Source: Camelus ferus
Taxonomy: Eukaryota
Direction: 5' to 3'
Assembly (NCBI RefSeq): GCF_009834535.1
Contig: NC_045697.1
Coordinates: forward strand, 89,840,001 to 89,904,000
Length of the DNA stretch: 64,000 bases
The position numbers and the translations under genes are program-made. Positions 1 to 13,285 of this stretch are shown piece by piece. Each line of letters opens with the position of its first letter. Position 1 is the first letter of the stretch. The notes below the pieces were generated by a model. It ran no database searches, was not told where the DNA came from, and worked only from the letters and a program-made list of their open reading frames with translations.

Positions 1-267
1 AGGAATCTGGATATATAGAATTCAACAGATGTCTTGTATAAACTGTGTAAAACACAACAAAATACTTTATTTAATGTCAATAATTAAAAGTGCACAGTTC
101 CCAGCTTTTAATTTTGTAGGGAGAAAATAACAAAGATATTTAAAAAACCAAACTTATCTGATGATTCCATGAGAAATAATTTAAGAGAAAAACAACAATG
201 ACAATAATATGTGGAAGAAATTCCTTCTTAAAAAATATGATTTGCCCCAAAATATGATGATATTCCC

Positions 268-1197
268 CCAAAATGGGCAGAAGACCTAAACAGACATTTC
301 TCCAATGAAGAAATCCAGATGGCCAACAGGCACATGAAAAGATGCTCAATATTGCTAATTATTAGAGAAATTCAAATCAAAACTACAATGAGGTATCACC
401 TCAGACTGGCCAGAATGGCCATCATTAAAAGCCCACAAACAATAAATGCTGGAGAGGGTATGGAGAAAAAGGAACTCTCCTGCACTGTTGGTGGGAATGT
501 AAATTGGTACAGCCATTATGGAAACAGTATGGAGATGCCCTATAAAACTAAAAATAGAGTTACCATATGAATCAGCAATCCCACTCCTGGGCATGTACCT
601 AGAGAAAACTCTAATGCAAAAACATACATGCACCCCGATGTTCATAGCAGCACTATTTACAATAGCCAAGGCATGGAAGCAACCTAAATGTCCACTGAAA
701 GACAAATGGATAAAGAAGGTGTGATGTGTGCGTGTGTGTAAAGGAATACTACTCAGCCCCAAAAATGAATGAAATAATGCCACATGCAGCAACAGGGATG
801 GATCTAGAAATTACCATACTAAATGAAGTAAATCAAACAGAAAGACAAATATCACATGATACCACTTATATGTGGAATCTAAAAAAATGATACAAATATC
901 CTATTGACAAAATAGAAAGAGACTCACTGACATAGAAAACAAATTTATGGTTACCGAAGGGAAACTAGTAGGGGAGGGATAAATTACGAGTTTAGGATTA
1001 GCAGATACAAACTCCTATACATAAAACAGAAAACTAGGTCCTACTGTATAGCAGAGGGAACTACATTCAATATCTTGTCATAACCTATAATGAAAAAGAA
1101 TATATGTATATGTATAACTGAATCACTATGCAATACACCAGGAACTAACACAATGTTGTAAATAAGCTATACTTCAATAAAAAAAATGTAAAAAAAG
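268..1197 (+). mobile_element. LINE-1 3' end (5'-truncated): ORF2 C-terminus, 3'UTR and A-rich tail
   Basis: ORFs 319-570 ([10 protein letters not shown]...CTVGGNVNW) and 518-724 (IELPYESAIPLLGMY...CTPMFIAALFTIAKAWKQPKCP) are frameshifted pieces of the L1 ORF2p C-terminal region; 3'UTR ends ctatacttcAATAAAaaaa. Confidence 0.95.
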
Positions 1198-3300
1198 ACG
1201 ATTGAAAACAACTATTCATAAATGTTGCCAAATGTAACTTAATGTTTCAGTCAGTGAAAAAAATGAATGGACGAGGATAAATATCAACAAAACTCTGCAT
1301 AATGTTATTTTCCAATTACCAAATTTTATATTTTAGTTATTCTAATGTCTTAGTAGCACAGGTTAGATGGACTCTGAACCAGAAAAAGATAAGTAGAAAG
1401 TACCAGAAACTAATAAAAAGGATTAGAGATTTTAATCTGTTAAGTAGCGTTACAGTGTTGCTTTCCCTTATTTGGTAAAATTCATGTAGTTTTATTTACA
1501 AGGCACAGAGTGTTTTTTTTAGCACTTATTTTTTGGCTCTGGGAATTTTTCCTTAAATAAACCTGATGTACATCACAGTCCTCTTCTGTAAGCTGAAAAC
1601 TTACATTTGTCTTTGAACTGTAACAAACTCTAGGTGGTGGAACAACAATGCTAATAATATGAGTACAGGTAAATGGATTTGATAAAAAATTAAGCGCTCA
1701 CAGAATGATTTTTATTCCTGTTAAACATTCTTTGGTAGTTTTCAACATTAAAACACTGTGAAAAGATAAAGCATGCTTTATTTCAAAACTAACTATAGAA
1801 ACCAGGCTATAGTTCATCAGTAATGCTTTCCAGATTAATTGGTATTTTGTTTTGAGGACAAAATTGTGCTGTTCACTTTTTTCACTTAGCAGTACAAACA
1901 CTGAGGTATGAAATAGGGACTTTTGGCACACTGTGGACACAGATGTGCCTGATCTAGTTTAATTAAAAAATAATGACTTACAAATGTAAACATCTTAGAA
2001 AAGAAGACTACTTAAGCAGACCTCATTAACAGATAATCCTGAAAACTCAGTTAATGTTTTACACATTCTACTCTGACTTTTCATAATATATACGGTACAG
2101 TTAAGCACTTAATCAAAAAATTAGTGTGTATTACCTATTTTCAAATTCGTAAACTTGTAAAAAGTAAAATTAAAAGCGGCTTGCTGCCTCTTTCAAAATT
2201 TCAAAATTACATAAAATGGTTTAATTTTGTTTTCCAGTTAAAAAAGAATAAACATATATGCTAATGGTTTTTCAGGTTGATTCGTTCCTTACTGTAGTAA
2301 ATTGCATGAAAATTAATTTGGAACAATTGATTTTCTTTTTAAAATAATGAGCCCATGAGAATTAAAACCTGAAAAACATTAATTTTTAGAAAAAGAATGC
2401 AACATCGACAAAATAAGATAAATGGCGCAGAGATTTTTATATTTATCCAAATTAGCATGCTGTCTTTAAACCTGTACCAAATCCTTGTGTAACAAAGGGC
2501 AATCAAAGAAATTGTTATGTCTCAAAAGTTTGCTTATCTTCTTACACTAAAAAAGCATTTATATGAAAGATAATGGTAAGTAAACACTCAATTGCTAGTT
2601 CTTCCTTTGTACAACTCAAACACTGGGCTACATTATACTCTTAGCCTGTGATTAAGAGTTAGTAATTATCTAGTAAACTCAAAGTGAAAAACTAGGATCT
2701 CTATTTTATTTTATATTTTTTACACTAAATTTCAGAGGCTGTGACTAAAAGAAAAAACTTTGCATTTAAACTGCCTTTTGTGCAACTACTTGTAGTGGCC
2801 TAGTATTCAAAGGAGACATGAAGTGAGAATACATGCAGGAGTGCACTGGGTAGGTACTAAGCTCTTTCCATGCATTGTTCCTTGAAGACTGGTGCCAGCC
2901 TAGTCGACTCACTTAACGTATGTGTTGGTAGCAACACTAAAATCAGGGTATCACAGACGGTGTTTGTCTTTGTATCCCCAAATACAACAAAATGCTGTAT
3001 TTCACAAGGAACAAATATTTTTCAACCCACCTCTACTAAAGGTGCTCATTTAATTCATCACTTGTAAGGATCATAATGTGAATTACGTGTGATTTACCAG
3101 ACCACTACCAAATGCAAATTTTAGATAGTAGATAATAGTACAGAATGTAGTTCTGATATCAATTTCTAACTAAGTTTTGAAGAAAAATTACTGGTCACTG
3201 AGGGCCATGTTCTTCTTCTGACTTAGATTCCTTCTTTCATTAGCCTTATTTACTTTCTCTTATCTGTCTATACTATTTCGTATTCTACCCAATTCAAAAA

Positions 3301-3762
3301 TGACATTAGTGTGCTAGGACTGCCATGACAAAGTGCCACAGACTGAGTGGCTTAAAAAACAGAAATTTACCATCTGACAGTTTTGGAGAGTAGAAGTCCA
3401 AAACCAAGGTGTTATCAAGGTTGGTTTCTTCTGAAGGCTCTGAGGGAAGGATCTCTTCCAGGCCTCTCTCCTTGGCTTATAGACTATCTTCTTTCTGTGC
3501 CTCTTCACATATTCCCTCTGTGAGATCTGTGTGTCCAAATTCCCGCCTTTATGAGGGCACCAGTCATATTGGAATAAGGCTCATCCTAATGACCTCACTT
3601 TAGCTTCATTACCTCTTTAAAGACATTTTCTCCAAATAATGTCACATTTTATATTTTAATAAAAATATATTAAAAAAAGATTTTAAAAGGTCACATGTTG
3701 AGTTACTGGAGGTTAGAACTTTGACATGTGAATTCTGAGGGAACACCATTCGACCCCTGACA
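3301..3762 (-). mobile_element. MaLR LTR (MLT1B/C-like)
   Basis: Typical MLT1 antisense motifs: ctaggactgccatgacaaagtgccacagactgagtggcttaa, ttggtttcttctgaaggctctgaggg, cagtcatattgga...ctaatgacctcact. Confidence 0.85.
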
Positions 3763-4579
3763 CTAGCTAATCATCTAACAATTGAAAGGAAACCTTTGTA
3801 TAAGAAAGTTTTAAATGCTAATGCAAAAAAAGTAAAACTCTCTGCTTGCAATTATTTTGAGTTTATTGTAAGTACAAAGATTGCTGGCAACATTTTTTAT
3901 AAGGGGTTCTGCTCCCCCGCCCTGCCATTTTGAACTGTCTCTGAAACCTTGGCCTCATCTGCTTTCCAGGAATGGAGTTCTGGCAGATCTTCCCCCTCTA
4001 GGTACGCTCTACATTTTTTTCTGAGATGTGCTCTGGGCAAGTAGACAGTATTTATAGACTCAAGTTTTCATGTCAAGTATGAACTGCATCAGACACCAGT
4101 ACCAAAAAGAAGCTATAGAATTTGTATACTCCTATCACAGGATTAAAAATTTCTCTTTGCTTCTATTGCTTGATAATATATGGTTTTCATGCCAATATTA
4201 CAATAATATAAAGTAAAAGTACTATAACATCAAAACCAACATTGTCCAGCTAAGATTTAATAGAATCTAACATTTTATGTAGATCATGTGCCATTAGTTT
4301 GGAAGATAGCCATTAATTTTGTAAATTTTGTTGTCAACGATTTAAAAAATTTTCAAATAGTTCCTAAATTCACATCAATCTAATGAACATTAATGATAAA
4401 ATATGTATTTTGCTTTGTCTGAAATAAAGTGTGGTGGTTTTGTCTCTCCTACTCTACTTCCTGCTGCATATTAGTCTAGTCCAATATTATAATTTCTATT
4501 GTTTTTGTGTAATGAGTACATTAAAACACATGCTTTGTTTTTGCTGTGAGTATTTTGTTTTTTGACTACTTGACTCTCT

Positions 4580-5090
4580 TTGCACAAATGACAACACTCC
4601 TGCTTTCTTTGAGAAACAATTTATCCCATTCTCATTCCATATTGTTCTAGATAATCTCACCCATTCATATGGTTTTAAGGATTTGGTCAGATTATTCTAT
4701 AGTATTTAAGTCAGGAATGAGCACAGGGTTCAAGCCAGTTCAATGATACCTAATCCTAGATTTTTTTTTCCTGGAAATTTTAGAGAAAAGAAATGTTCTC
4801 TTTCTGCTGAGGTTACTACTTTATAGGACAATAAACCTTGAGGTAACTGTAGCCAACATGGGGAGAAATTCTGTCTGAAAATCAAGCCAACATAACAAAA
4901 GTAGACTAGGGATATAAATATACGGAGACTAAATTTTCAGAATGTTCTTAGAGTACATGGAATTAGCCATGCTTTTGGTTTGTCTTATTGCTGGAATTTT
5001 CACTTGTAGAAACCAATAAATTTACTTAAAATTGTTTCTTGCCCCTTAATGAATTTAGTATTTAACGTTGGTTCTTTGTGGTCACACTAT
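4580..5090 (+). mobile_element. Old MaLR LTR (MLT1J/K-like), degraded
   Basis: ctgaaaatcaagccaacataac, ttagccatgc and ccAATAAAtt occur in the order expected for the MLT1J/K 3' half. Confidence 0.55.
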
Positions 5091-5289
5091 ATTTATTTTT
5101 TAATTGTTTATTTTTATTTGTTTTCCAAAGAAATGAAATGTGTATTTGTACAACTTTTGGGGGAAGTCTACTGGATGATTTTTTTTTTTTTTTGGACATT
5201 TTTTACTAGAGCCTGTTCTCTTTGGAGATATTCATGAGGGTTTTTGATGAAAATCTTAGATAAGAGCTTATTTCTAAGGCTGTGACAAT

Positions 5290-5785
5290 TCAGTAGTAAA
5301 TAAAACAAACAAGAAACTTATGTCCTGATTAATAAAACAGATAACAAATAAATATACATAATTAACCTCTGGTAGTAAGAATTCACATGAAGAAAACAGG
5401 ATATGACAATATTCTGGAAACTGACTTCACATCTGAAGGTCACGAGAACACTCTGTGGAGAGGTGACAGACCTGAAGAAGGAGACGGCCGTGAAAATATC
5501 CAAGCAAGGAGTTTCTCAGGTCAAAGGAATAGCTGGTGCAATGGTGCTAGACAAGACAGGTTGACGCGACAAAGAGACCAACACCTCTGAAGCTTAGAGA
5601 GTAAGTTTACGAGACAAGCTATACAAAGCGAGGAGCTGGGCTTTCATTCTTTAAGTCATACAAGGAGTCATCTGAGTGCTTTATGTAGCAGACTGGCATG
5701 ACCTAAATTTTACAAAGATCCTTCTATGTGGAGAATATTAGAAGGGGAGCAAGAGGAGAAACAGGGAGACTAGACAGTAGGTTAT
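5290..5785 (-). mobile_element. LINE-2 fragment
   Basis: Purine-rich antisense L2 motifs: gaggtgacagacctgaagaagg, ggaatagctggtgcaatgg, ggcatgacctaaattttacaaagatc...gtggagaat. Confidence 0.65.
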
Positions 5786-6069
5786 GAGTTCCATACTTCT
5801 TCCTTCTTTCATTTAGTGCTCCTGTCCTGTCTTTTTTTATTTCCATCTTTTCAGAAAAAAAAGTGAAAGAAAACTCTCAAAAAAAGAAAATCCTCTCAAA
5901 CAATATATAAGTTTTTGAAAACAGAAATCTCAATGTTTAATTTCTCTATACTTAAGGCCTACCAAGTTACCTGGTACATAATTGATGTTTAATAGCTAAT
6001 TTTAAATGGTGAAGTCAAGTTGAAACATGAGTCATAACATATGAGTTTAGTTAAAAAAAATCTGCTACA

Positions 6070-7903
6070 ATTTCAGAATCTATCATCATTTCTATTGTAG
6101 CTTTAGTCTCTATTTCATTTGTTTCTTCTCTGATCTTTATTATTTCTTTCCTTCTATTAACTTTGAGTTTTGTTCCTTCTTTTTCTAGTGCCACTAGGTG
6201 TAATTTTAGGTTGTTTATTTGAGATTTTTCTTGTATCCTGTATTGCTTTTGCATGTGCTTTTGCTGCATCTCAAAGATTTGCATTGTGTGTTTACATTTT
6301 AATTTGTCTCCAGGTGTTTTTTTCTCATTTCTTCTTTGATTTCATTAGTGGTTTTTTTAGCACATTGTTTCACCTCCACGTTTGTGGTTTTTGCAGTTTT
6401 CTTCCTTGCAGTTTATTTCTAGTCAGACCTTTGTGCTCAGAGAAGATGCTTAATGTAATTTCAGCCTTATTCTTAAGTTTATCAAGACTTTTTTGTGGTC
6501 TGGCACGCGATCTATCCTGAATAATGTTCAACATGTACTTGAAAACAATGTGTATTCTGTTGCTTTTGGATGGAAGGTTCTATATATATCTATTAAGGTC
6601 CTAAAGTGTCATTTTTAAGACCAATATTTTCTAATAGATTTTCTGTCTGGATGATCTGTCCACTGATGTAAGTGGGGTGTTAAAGTCCCTTACTAGTATT
6701 GTTTTGTTGTCAGTTTTTTCCTTTATGCTTGTTAACATCTGCTGTACATATTTATGTGCTCCTATGTTAGGTGTATATATATTTACAATTGTTACCTCTT
6801 ATTGTTGGATTAATCCCTTTATCATTATGGGATGTCTTTCTTTGTCTCTTGTTACAGTCTTTGTTTTAAAGTATTCTTTGTCTAAGTATAGCTACCGCAG
6901 ATATCTTTTTGTACCATTTGCAAAGAATACATGTCTTGAGAGAGCTGATGGGTGGGGCCAATTCCCAGGGCTGCTGGTTGCAGGGGGCGAGGGACCCCCG
7001 GGCCAATACAGGTCCAGTGGTAGGTGGGACTGGGTCCCAAGTCAGCTGGCTGCACAGCCTGGGAAACTGGGGCTAGTGCTGGCCCACTGAGGGGTGGAAC
7101 CAGGTCCTAGCACAGCTGGCTGTGGGTGTTGAGGGGGCAAGGGCTGGTTCTAGCCCACTGGTGAGCAAGGCCAAGTCCCAGGGTGGCTGGTTGTGGGGCC
7201 CAGGTGTGCCTAGGCATGGCGCTTGTCTACTGTTGGATAGGTAAGCCTCCCAGCGCCAATACGCTGGAATAAAGACTCCAAATTGGTGCTTGCCATCATC
7301 ATTGTCCTAATGGTAGGACAAGCTCCCCCAGAATGACTGCCACTGGCATCTGTGTCTCCAGGGGGAGTCCTACTTGCCTTCTGCCTCTCTGGGAGGCTTT
7401 CCAAGATTAGCAAGTGGGTCTGACCCAGGTTCTTTTCAAATTACTGCCTTGGCTTTCAGACGTGGAGTGTGCGAGATTTTGCACACATCCATTAAAAGCC
7501 AGGTCTATTTCTTGCAGCCTTCTTGCTCTCCTGAAAGTAAGCCCTCCTGGCCTCAAGACCAGATGTTCTAGGGACTCATCTTCCCAGTGCAGCATTCCAA
7601 GCTAGGAGGCCTGATTTGGGACGTGGACTCTTTGCTCCTTGGGGAAGACCTCTGCAATTGTGGTTATCCTCCTGTTTGTGGGTAGCCTATCCGGGGGTGT
7701 AGGTCTTGACTGTACCACATCTCTGTCCCTCCTACCCAGCTTATTGTGGTTCCTTCTTTATATCTTTATCTGGAGAAGATATTTCCTTCTAGTCTTCTGG
7801 TCATTCTCACAGATAAGTACGCTGTAATTAGCTGTAATTTTGGTGCGCCCATGGGAGGAGATGAGCTCAGGGTCTTCCCACTCTGCCACCTTGGCCACAC
7901 CTC
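6070..7903 (-). mobile_element. LINE-1 remnant: 5'UTR (~6931-7903) joined to the ORF2 endonuclease/linker region (~6070-6930); ORF1 and the 3' end are absent
   Basis: ORF 6051-6284(-) KSQINNLKLHLVALEKE...RRKEIIKIREETNEIET matches the ORF2p post-endonuclease linker; 6400-6930 is antisense EN sequence; the GC-rich block ends ctctgccaccttggcc, the reverse complement of an L1 start (ggccaagatggcg-like). Confidence 0.85.
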
Positions 7904-9664
7904 TATGTTACTTCACAATAAAAATTGAAAACAGCATTTCCTTAGCTTCATCCCTAATCATTCTGAAGATATTCTAGCTCACATAACAACCTTCCAAAGC
8001 CCAAGTTTGAGAGAACTGATGACTCTGTCTCAGCACCATCTTATACCATTGCCAAAGTCTGGGGATCCCCCCTCTCCAATTAAAGTAGCACCAGTGATGC
8101 TCCTGACATCTTTTAAGAAAGTGCTGTTGTACTGAGCTCCTAGCTTAGAACCAGCCAGACTTGAATTCATGGATAGACTGGGTCACTACCATAGCATACT
8201 GAGATCCACCTGTTTCTGCTTACCCTTATGTAGTTTTCTGAACCTAATATTTGTGCCTCAACCATCTTTTCCTTTATATTTGCTAAATTTGCCCTCAAGA
8301 GTCTATTTGGTTTTCCCTCAAACTTTCAAATATACATGATTTGAAACATTTAAAATCCTTGTATCAGTCTCTATTCTTCTTTACCATAAGCTACATCTCA
8401 GTTTCTCTCCACTACTTGTTGCATCCTGAAAGTGATCTACATCCAACTGTTAAGACTCTGTTACTCTTATTTTCCCTACTGCCTAGAAAGCATGTTCTAC
8501 TCATTCAACGCTATATATGCCTTCACAACATATATAAAATTTTGAAGATTTTCACAGACAAATAAAAACTTGGCCAATTAATTTGAGTAGTAAAAGGAAA
8601 AAAATCAGCCTCAAGTACAAAATAAAGAACAGACTTACTTTTTGTTGATGTTTTTCCTTTAAATTTTAGAAATCTTTGAAACAGTTTCAAAAAATTTTTC
8701 TCTTTTGCAACATAAAAAAACAAAAATTTGATTACTCTATTTTTAATCCAGAAATATTTCCATAGAGACAGATGAAAAGTATCACAGTTATCATTACTTT
8801 TCATGTCTTAATTGGAAAATAAATGTGAGGTCGTGGTCATATAATATTTTACAATCTTTTTTCCTCTTTTGTTCTGAAATGTTCTTGGATACAGTTGAAA
8901 GAAAATGGCAACATATGGTCCATTAGTTTAAATGAGGTGGGGGAAGAACAGGACAGATTATTAATGTTAATAATTTATACTTCTTCTGTATCTATATGCT
9001 GTTGCCTTGATGAGAATTTGGCAGGCCTCGCAGTATAATGAAGTTTAAGGCTAAAGGCTGAAATATGACAAGAGAATTTTTTGAGTAAAAAGGAAAGCAA
9101 AGGAAAACTATCCACATCGGATTTCTACGGACTTCCTATCTCTAGTTCTGTAATAAAACTCATCTGCTAGCAAATAACACTTCTTATATGACTTTTGAAA
9201 CATTGAATTAAAACTATTTTTGGGGAGTTGCTTGCTTCACTTTATGGTAATTTAATGGTTACTCCAATTTTAAGTAATTTGAAATAAAAATCTGGTATTT
9301 TTTTCTGGGTATTTAGAGTTGAATAGTCTTTGAACTATCGAGGGAAGAGTTGTGACTGGCTAACAATTCTCAAGAATAATGACCAACTGGACTTCCCAGT
9401 TCACAGACTTCCTTGCAGAATAGAAATGTCAATGTCCTTACATCCTCACATATATAAAATAATATAACATAAAATATAACATAAAATAATCTGTTACTTT
9501 TGTGAATTTTCAGCCTTATCATTTTCCTAAAATTTTCATTCCCTATTAAATGCTTTAAAAGTCCATGATTAAGTCATTAAAATTACTTTTAATGTTTCCT
9601 GACACAGTACACCCCAATATCAGTTCAAGTAAAAACACTGTTGTATAAACAGCATCTGCAAAAA

Positions 9665-9890
9665 GCTAGGGGCCTTCAAACTTGTGTTGTTATTTTAGCA
9701 GTGGAATGCTTATTTTTTCTAATGACAAAATAAATATTATAAAGGACTCCATCCTCAGGAATGAAAAACCCATAACTATGCCACTCATTATTTCCCATCC
9801 ACAGCTCTCTTCCAATCCCTGGCAGCAGCTCTGAGGGGCTCCTCCTGATGACCCTAGGAATCCTGGGAACTCATTCTGATGTCCACTAAT
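9665..9890. mobile_element. Degraded hAT-Charlie MITE (MER117-like)
   Basis: ggcagcagctctgaggggctcctcc...accctaggaatcctgggaact resembles the recalled consensus; highly diverged. Confidence 0.35.
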
Positions 9891-11339
9891 TCATAAAGTA
9901 TTCAGAATGCATCCATCCTTTAGAGAATTAAAAACAGTTCTCAACAATTATTTGAAAAAAGAAATTAACAGATCCTATAAGGAGGCTTATAAAAAATTTT
10001 CTCTTAAATTTTTTCATTGTAAATAGAAATATAAGAAAGTGTTTTGTCAGTGCAAAAAAAAAAAAGACTTGGCCAGTAATATGGAACTGTGGTCCTTGAT
10101 TCAGCAAGCCTGAACAGCAGTTTAATTTGTCTGTTTACAGAGCTATGAAAATAATTCTCTATTTGTGTGCTGTAAAATAAAATGTATATATTTCACACAG
10201 CTGGGAAACAGAGTGTGTTCTCCAGAAGAGCTGGCAAAACAACTGAGCATTTTAATTGTTAATACTCTGAATTCGTCTTTTCCCAGCCTTGTATTTAGGT
10301 GAGATGGTGATGCCAAAAATATTAAAGGGGATTAAAATGACTTACTGGAAAACCCAAAGGATATAAATTGTTCTTAGCTAAGTGTGACATTTGGAAAATG
10401 CACTACAAATTTGTCAACTCTTTTAAGTGTAATAGAAGTGTGACCAATTTGACAGAATTAAGACAAAGATATGGCCCCGACTTCCCTCTTGGCTTGTGGA
10501 TTTGGTTCAGTGTTGCAGCTCCCCCGGATCAGGAACAAGCTCTCTGGTCGCATGAGATTATATGATCCACCCAGAGTCAGTTAATAATCTGAACAGTAGC
10601 ACTGTGCCCTGCTCTTAAAACATATAAAGCAGTTTGAGTTATAGACTTATGAACAAGTTTACAAAAAATTTTTTTAAAAAAAGGATGATGGGATCTTCTG
10701 TAATTTAATGACCTATTCCTTATTCCATGTAATAATTACTTCCTTTGTCAAGCTGGAAATCCACAATCACTGGGTGCTAATTTGTAGACTGATGGCAATA
10801 CACATAGCAAAGTATTTGGTAACAAAAGCATACATAAAATGTAGAATATTTGTAGAACAAAGAATATGTAGAATATTGTTGACAATGACAGGCCCAGAAA
10901 AAAGGCTGCAGTTACAGTTAACCACAGCTGTTTTTTAAACTCTAATGTAACATTTGTGAAATCTTTAGGGATTCTATGTAGCATGTACAAATTTAAAATA
11001 AAGTGAAAATTAGGACAATTATACAGTAACTCAATTTCCTTCAAAATATTCACCCTGATTTTCTTACGTATTGTGAACAGAAATGCTGGTAAGACCTGCA
11101 TTTTCCATATCATTGCCATCATTCTACAAATGTTGAGATTCTTAAGGTGAATTTCAGCAGAAACAAACAAACAAAAGTTAAACCACACCTCTGCACAGAG
11201 AGTACTGAAGGAAGATTGAAGGTTAAAAGGAAAAGAATTTTTTAATTCTTATTTTTGCTATTTTCTCTCAAATAAAATGGGATACCAATTAGACTACAAA
11301 ATGAGTATGGTTAAGAGCTCATTAAAATCCTCTGAGGCA

Positions 11340-11500
11340 GTACAGGATATAGAATAATCACTAAACTTAAAGTCAGAAGCCATCGACTAAAGTTCTAGTT
11401 CAGCTACTTACTGGTGGGATTCTAGCAAGACAATGAATCCTTACAAAATGAGAAAGGTAATGTCTGCCCAGCTTATCTCAGAATATTGTGATTACCAGAA
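11340..11500 (+). mobile_element. MIR SINE fragment
   Basis: agtcagaag...ttctagttcagctacttactgg...aaaatgagaaaggtaatgtctgccc...tattgtga follows the MIR core order. Confidence 0.5.
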
Positions 11501-13110
11501 TAAAAGCATAGTGATGGACATCAATATAATGGCCCTATACACTGTCAGACTTTACAAAATCAAGGTATTATTTGCTGATTAGTAAGCAAAGGAGCTAGGT
11601 TTCAAATACATGCAAGTTAACTATAGAGTCTATGCCCGAAGCATCTCATATCTTCCCGGCATCTCTGAGGAAGTAACTCTTAAGAGGAGACCTGAAAATG
11701 AGAAGAGAATTAAGAGAATTGGGGGCAGAAGAGAAACCAAATAGAAATATCCTGAGATGGGGAAGATATTCCTATACTACTTATGAACTATATGAACAAC
11801 TTTGTAAACTTTCCTTAATCTTAAACTTTTTCTGATCATTAAAAATAAAGGTTTTAGCTCCAATTTGTATAGGTTTTAGCTCCAATTTGGTAGTCATCTA
11901 TCCTGTTCAGATCCTGTTCATGCAACAACAACAAAAAAGCTAGAAAACCTGAAAATTAGTGACTTTTCTTGGAGTCATCAAGAAATGAGACTGTAGGGTA
12001 AACTGCCACTCTGGAAATTGGAGAAACAGGCATATGCAGAGAGACACAGCCAAGATCAATATACATGGTGTGAAAACTCCTGGAGCCACAAACTAGCAGT
12101 AACACTTAACTGGTCACTTTGACAAGTTTCTACAGGTCAAGTGTGGACTAGCTTGAGAGTGAAAAACTCCTAGGTATGGTAGGCTTAGGGAGGCTCCCAC
12201 AATCTCATTGGCTTTACCTCCAGGAACCCCACCAAGTGAATATCTGAGAAAGACCCCTTGTGGCTCTGGCAGGGATAAAAGAAGAATAATCACTGTGAAA
12301 TGCACAGAACCTTCTTCATAACAAAGGCCTACTCACAAGGGAGAATGATTTGGCTGGAGTCTTCTCTCAGGTGAAAAAAGGGCATTCTTCCACTCTAGTC
12401 CCCTCTAGTCTTCTTGTCCCATTAAGGGAAAAAAGAAAGAGAAAACAGTTAACAGGGGCTGAAGCTTCAACGAAATGGATTAAAAATAATGACATCAGAA
12501 GAGAAGAGCAGTTATCACTGAAGAAACACTTGTCAAGATCACAGACTTGAGACACAGACATACTAAAACACTGATAAATAGTCGGAAGATTATAGACTGC
12601 TCCTGTTCCTCCAAACCTTAGTACCACACTAACAGGAATACAATATAAAATAGTGGATTAAAGATGAAGAAGCTTCAGTTACACTGATGAGGAATGCTTA
12701 AGGAAGCCCAAATTTAAGAGGGGAGACAAAAACAAACACACTAGAGACACTCAACATCTCTAGCAGGTATAACTACATCAAACAGTAACCATAATCAAAC
12801 TTCTAGCCAGAGGAAAATAAATTCCTACACTAAAGGTCAATTTACCTCCTTTCCTATTATCCAATAAAACAGGCTTGGCTTTCAACAACAACAACAAAAG
12901 TTGCAAGAAATGCCAAAAAGCAAGTAAAAATGCAGTCTAAAGAGGCAAAGCAACTATCAGAAACAGATTCAGAGAGTGATATACATGTTGAAATTGCCAC
13001 ACAGAGAATTTAAAATAACTATGATTAACATGTTAAGGGCTAATGGAAAATAAGACAACAGGAAAGAACAGATGAGTAATGTAAGCAGAGAGATAACTCT
13101 AAGAAAGAAT

Positions 13111-13285
13111 TTTTTAATGTATTTCCTTGGACCATACTATTCTTTTTTTTATTGAAGTATAGTTGCTGTAAAATATTATATGTTACAGGTGTAAAATATA
13201 ATGATCCACAATTTTTAAAGGTTACACTCTACTTATAGTTACTGTAAAATATTGGCCATATTCCCCATGTTATACAATATCCTTT
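13111..13285 (-). mobile_element. Very short young L1 3' tail nested in the old L1
   Basis: ttttttttattgaagtatagttg... is an antisense L1 tail; flanked by TAAGAAAGA at 13100-13108 and 13286-13294. Confidence 0.8.

Noticed and set aside
319..724. ORFs with clear reverse-transcriptase-element homology
   Set aside because: Frameshifted fragments of a 5'-truncated L1; not a gene and not an active element
355..792. 145-aa minus-strand ORF, and the similar ORF at 15075-15359
   Set aside because: Antisense reading of the L1 ORF2 3' end, a well-known source of spurious proteins
10748..11188. 146-aa hydrophobic ORF that looks like a membrane protein
   Set aside because: The F/I/L bias is explained by the T-rich strand; non-ATG start and no recognisable domain
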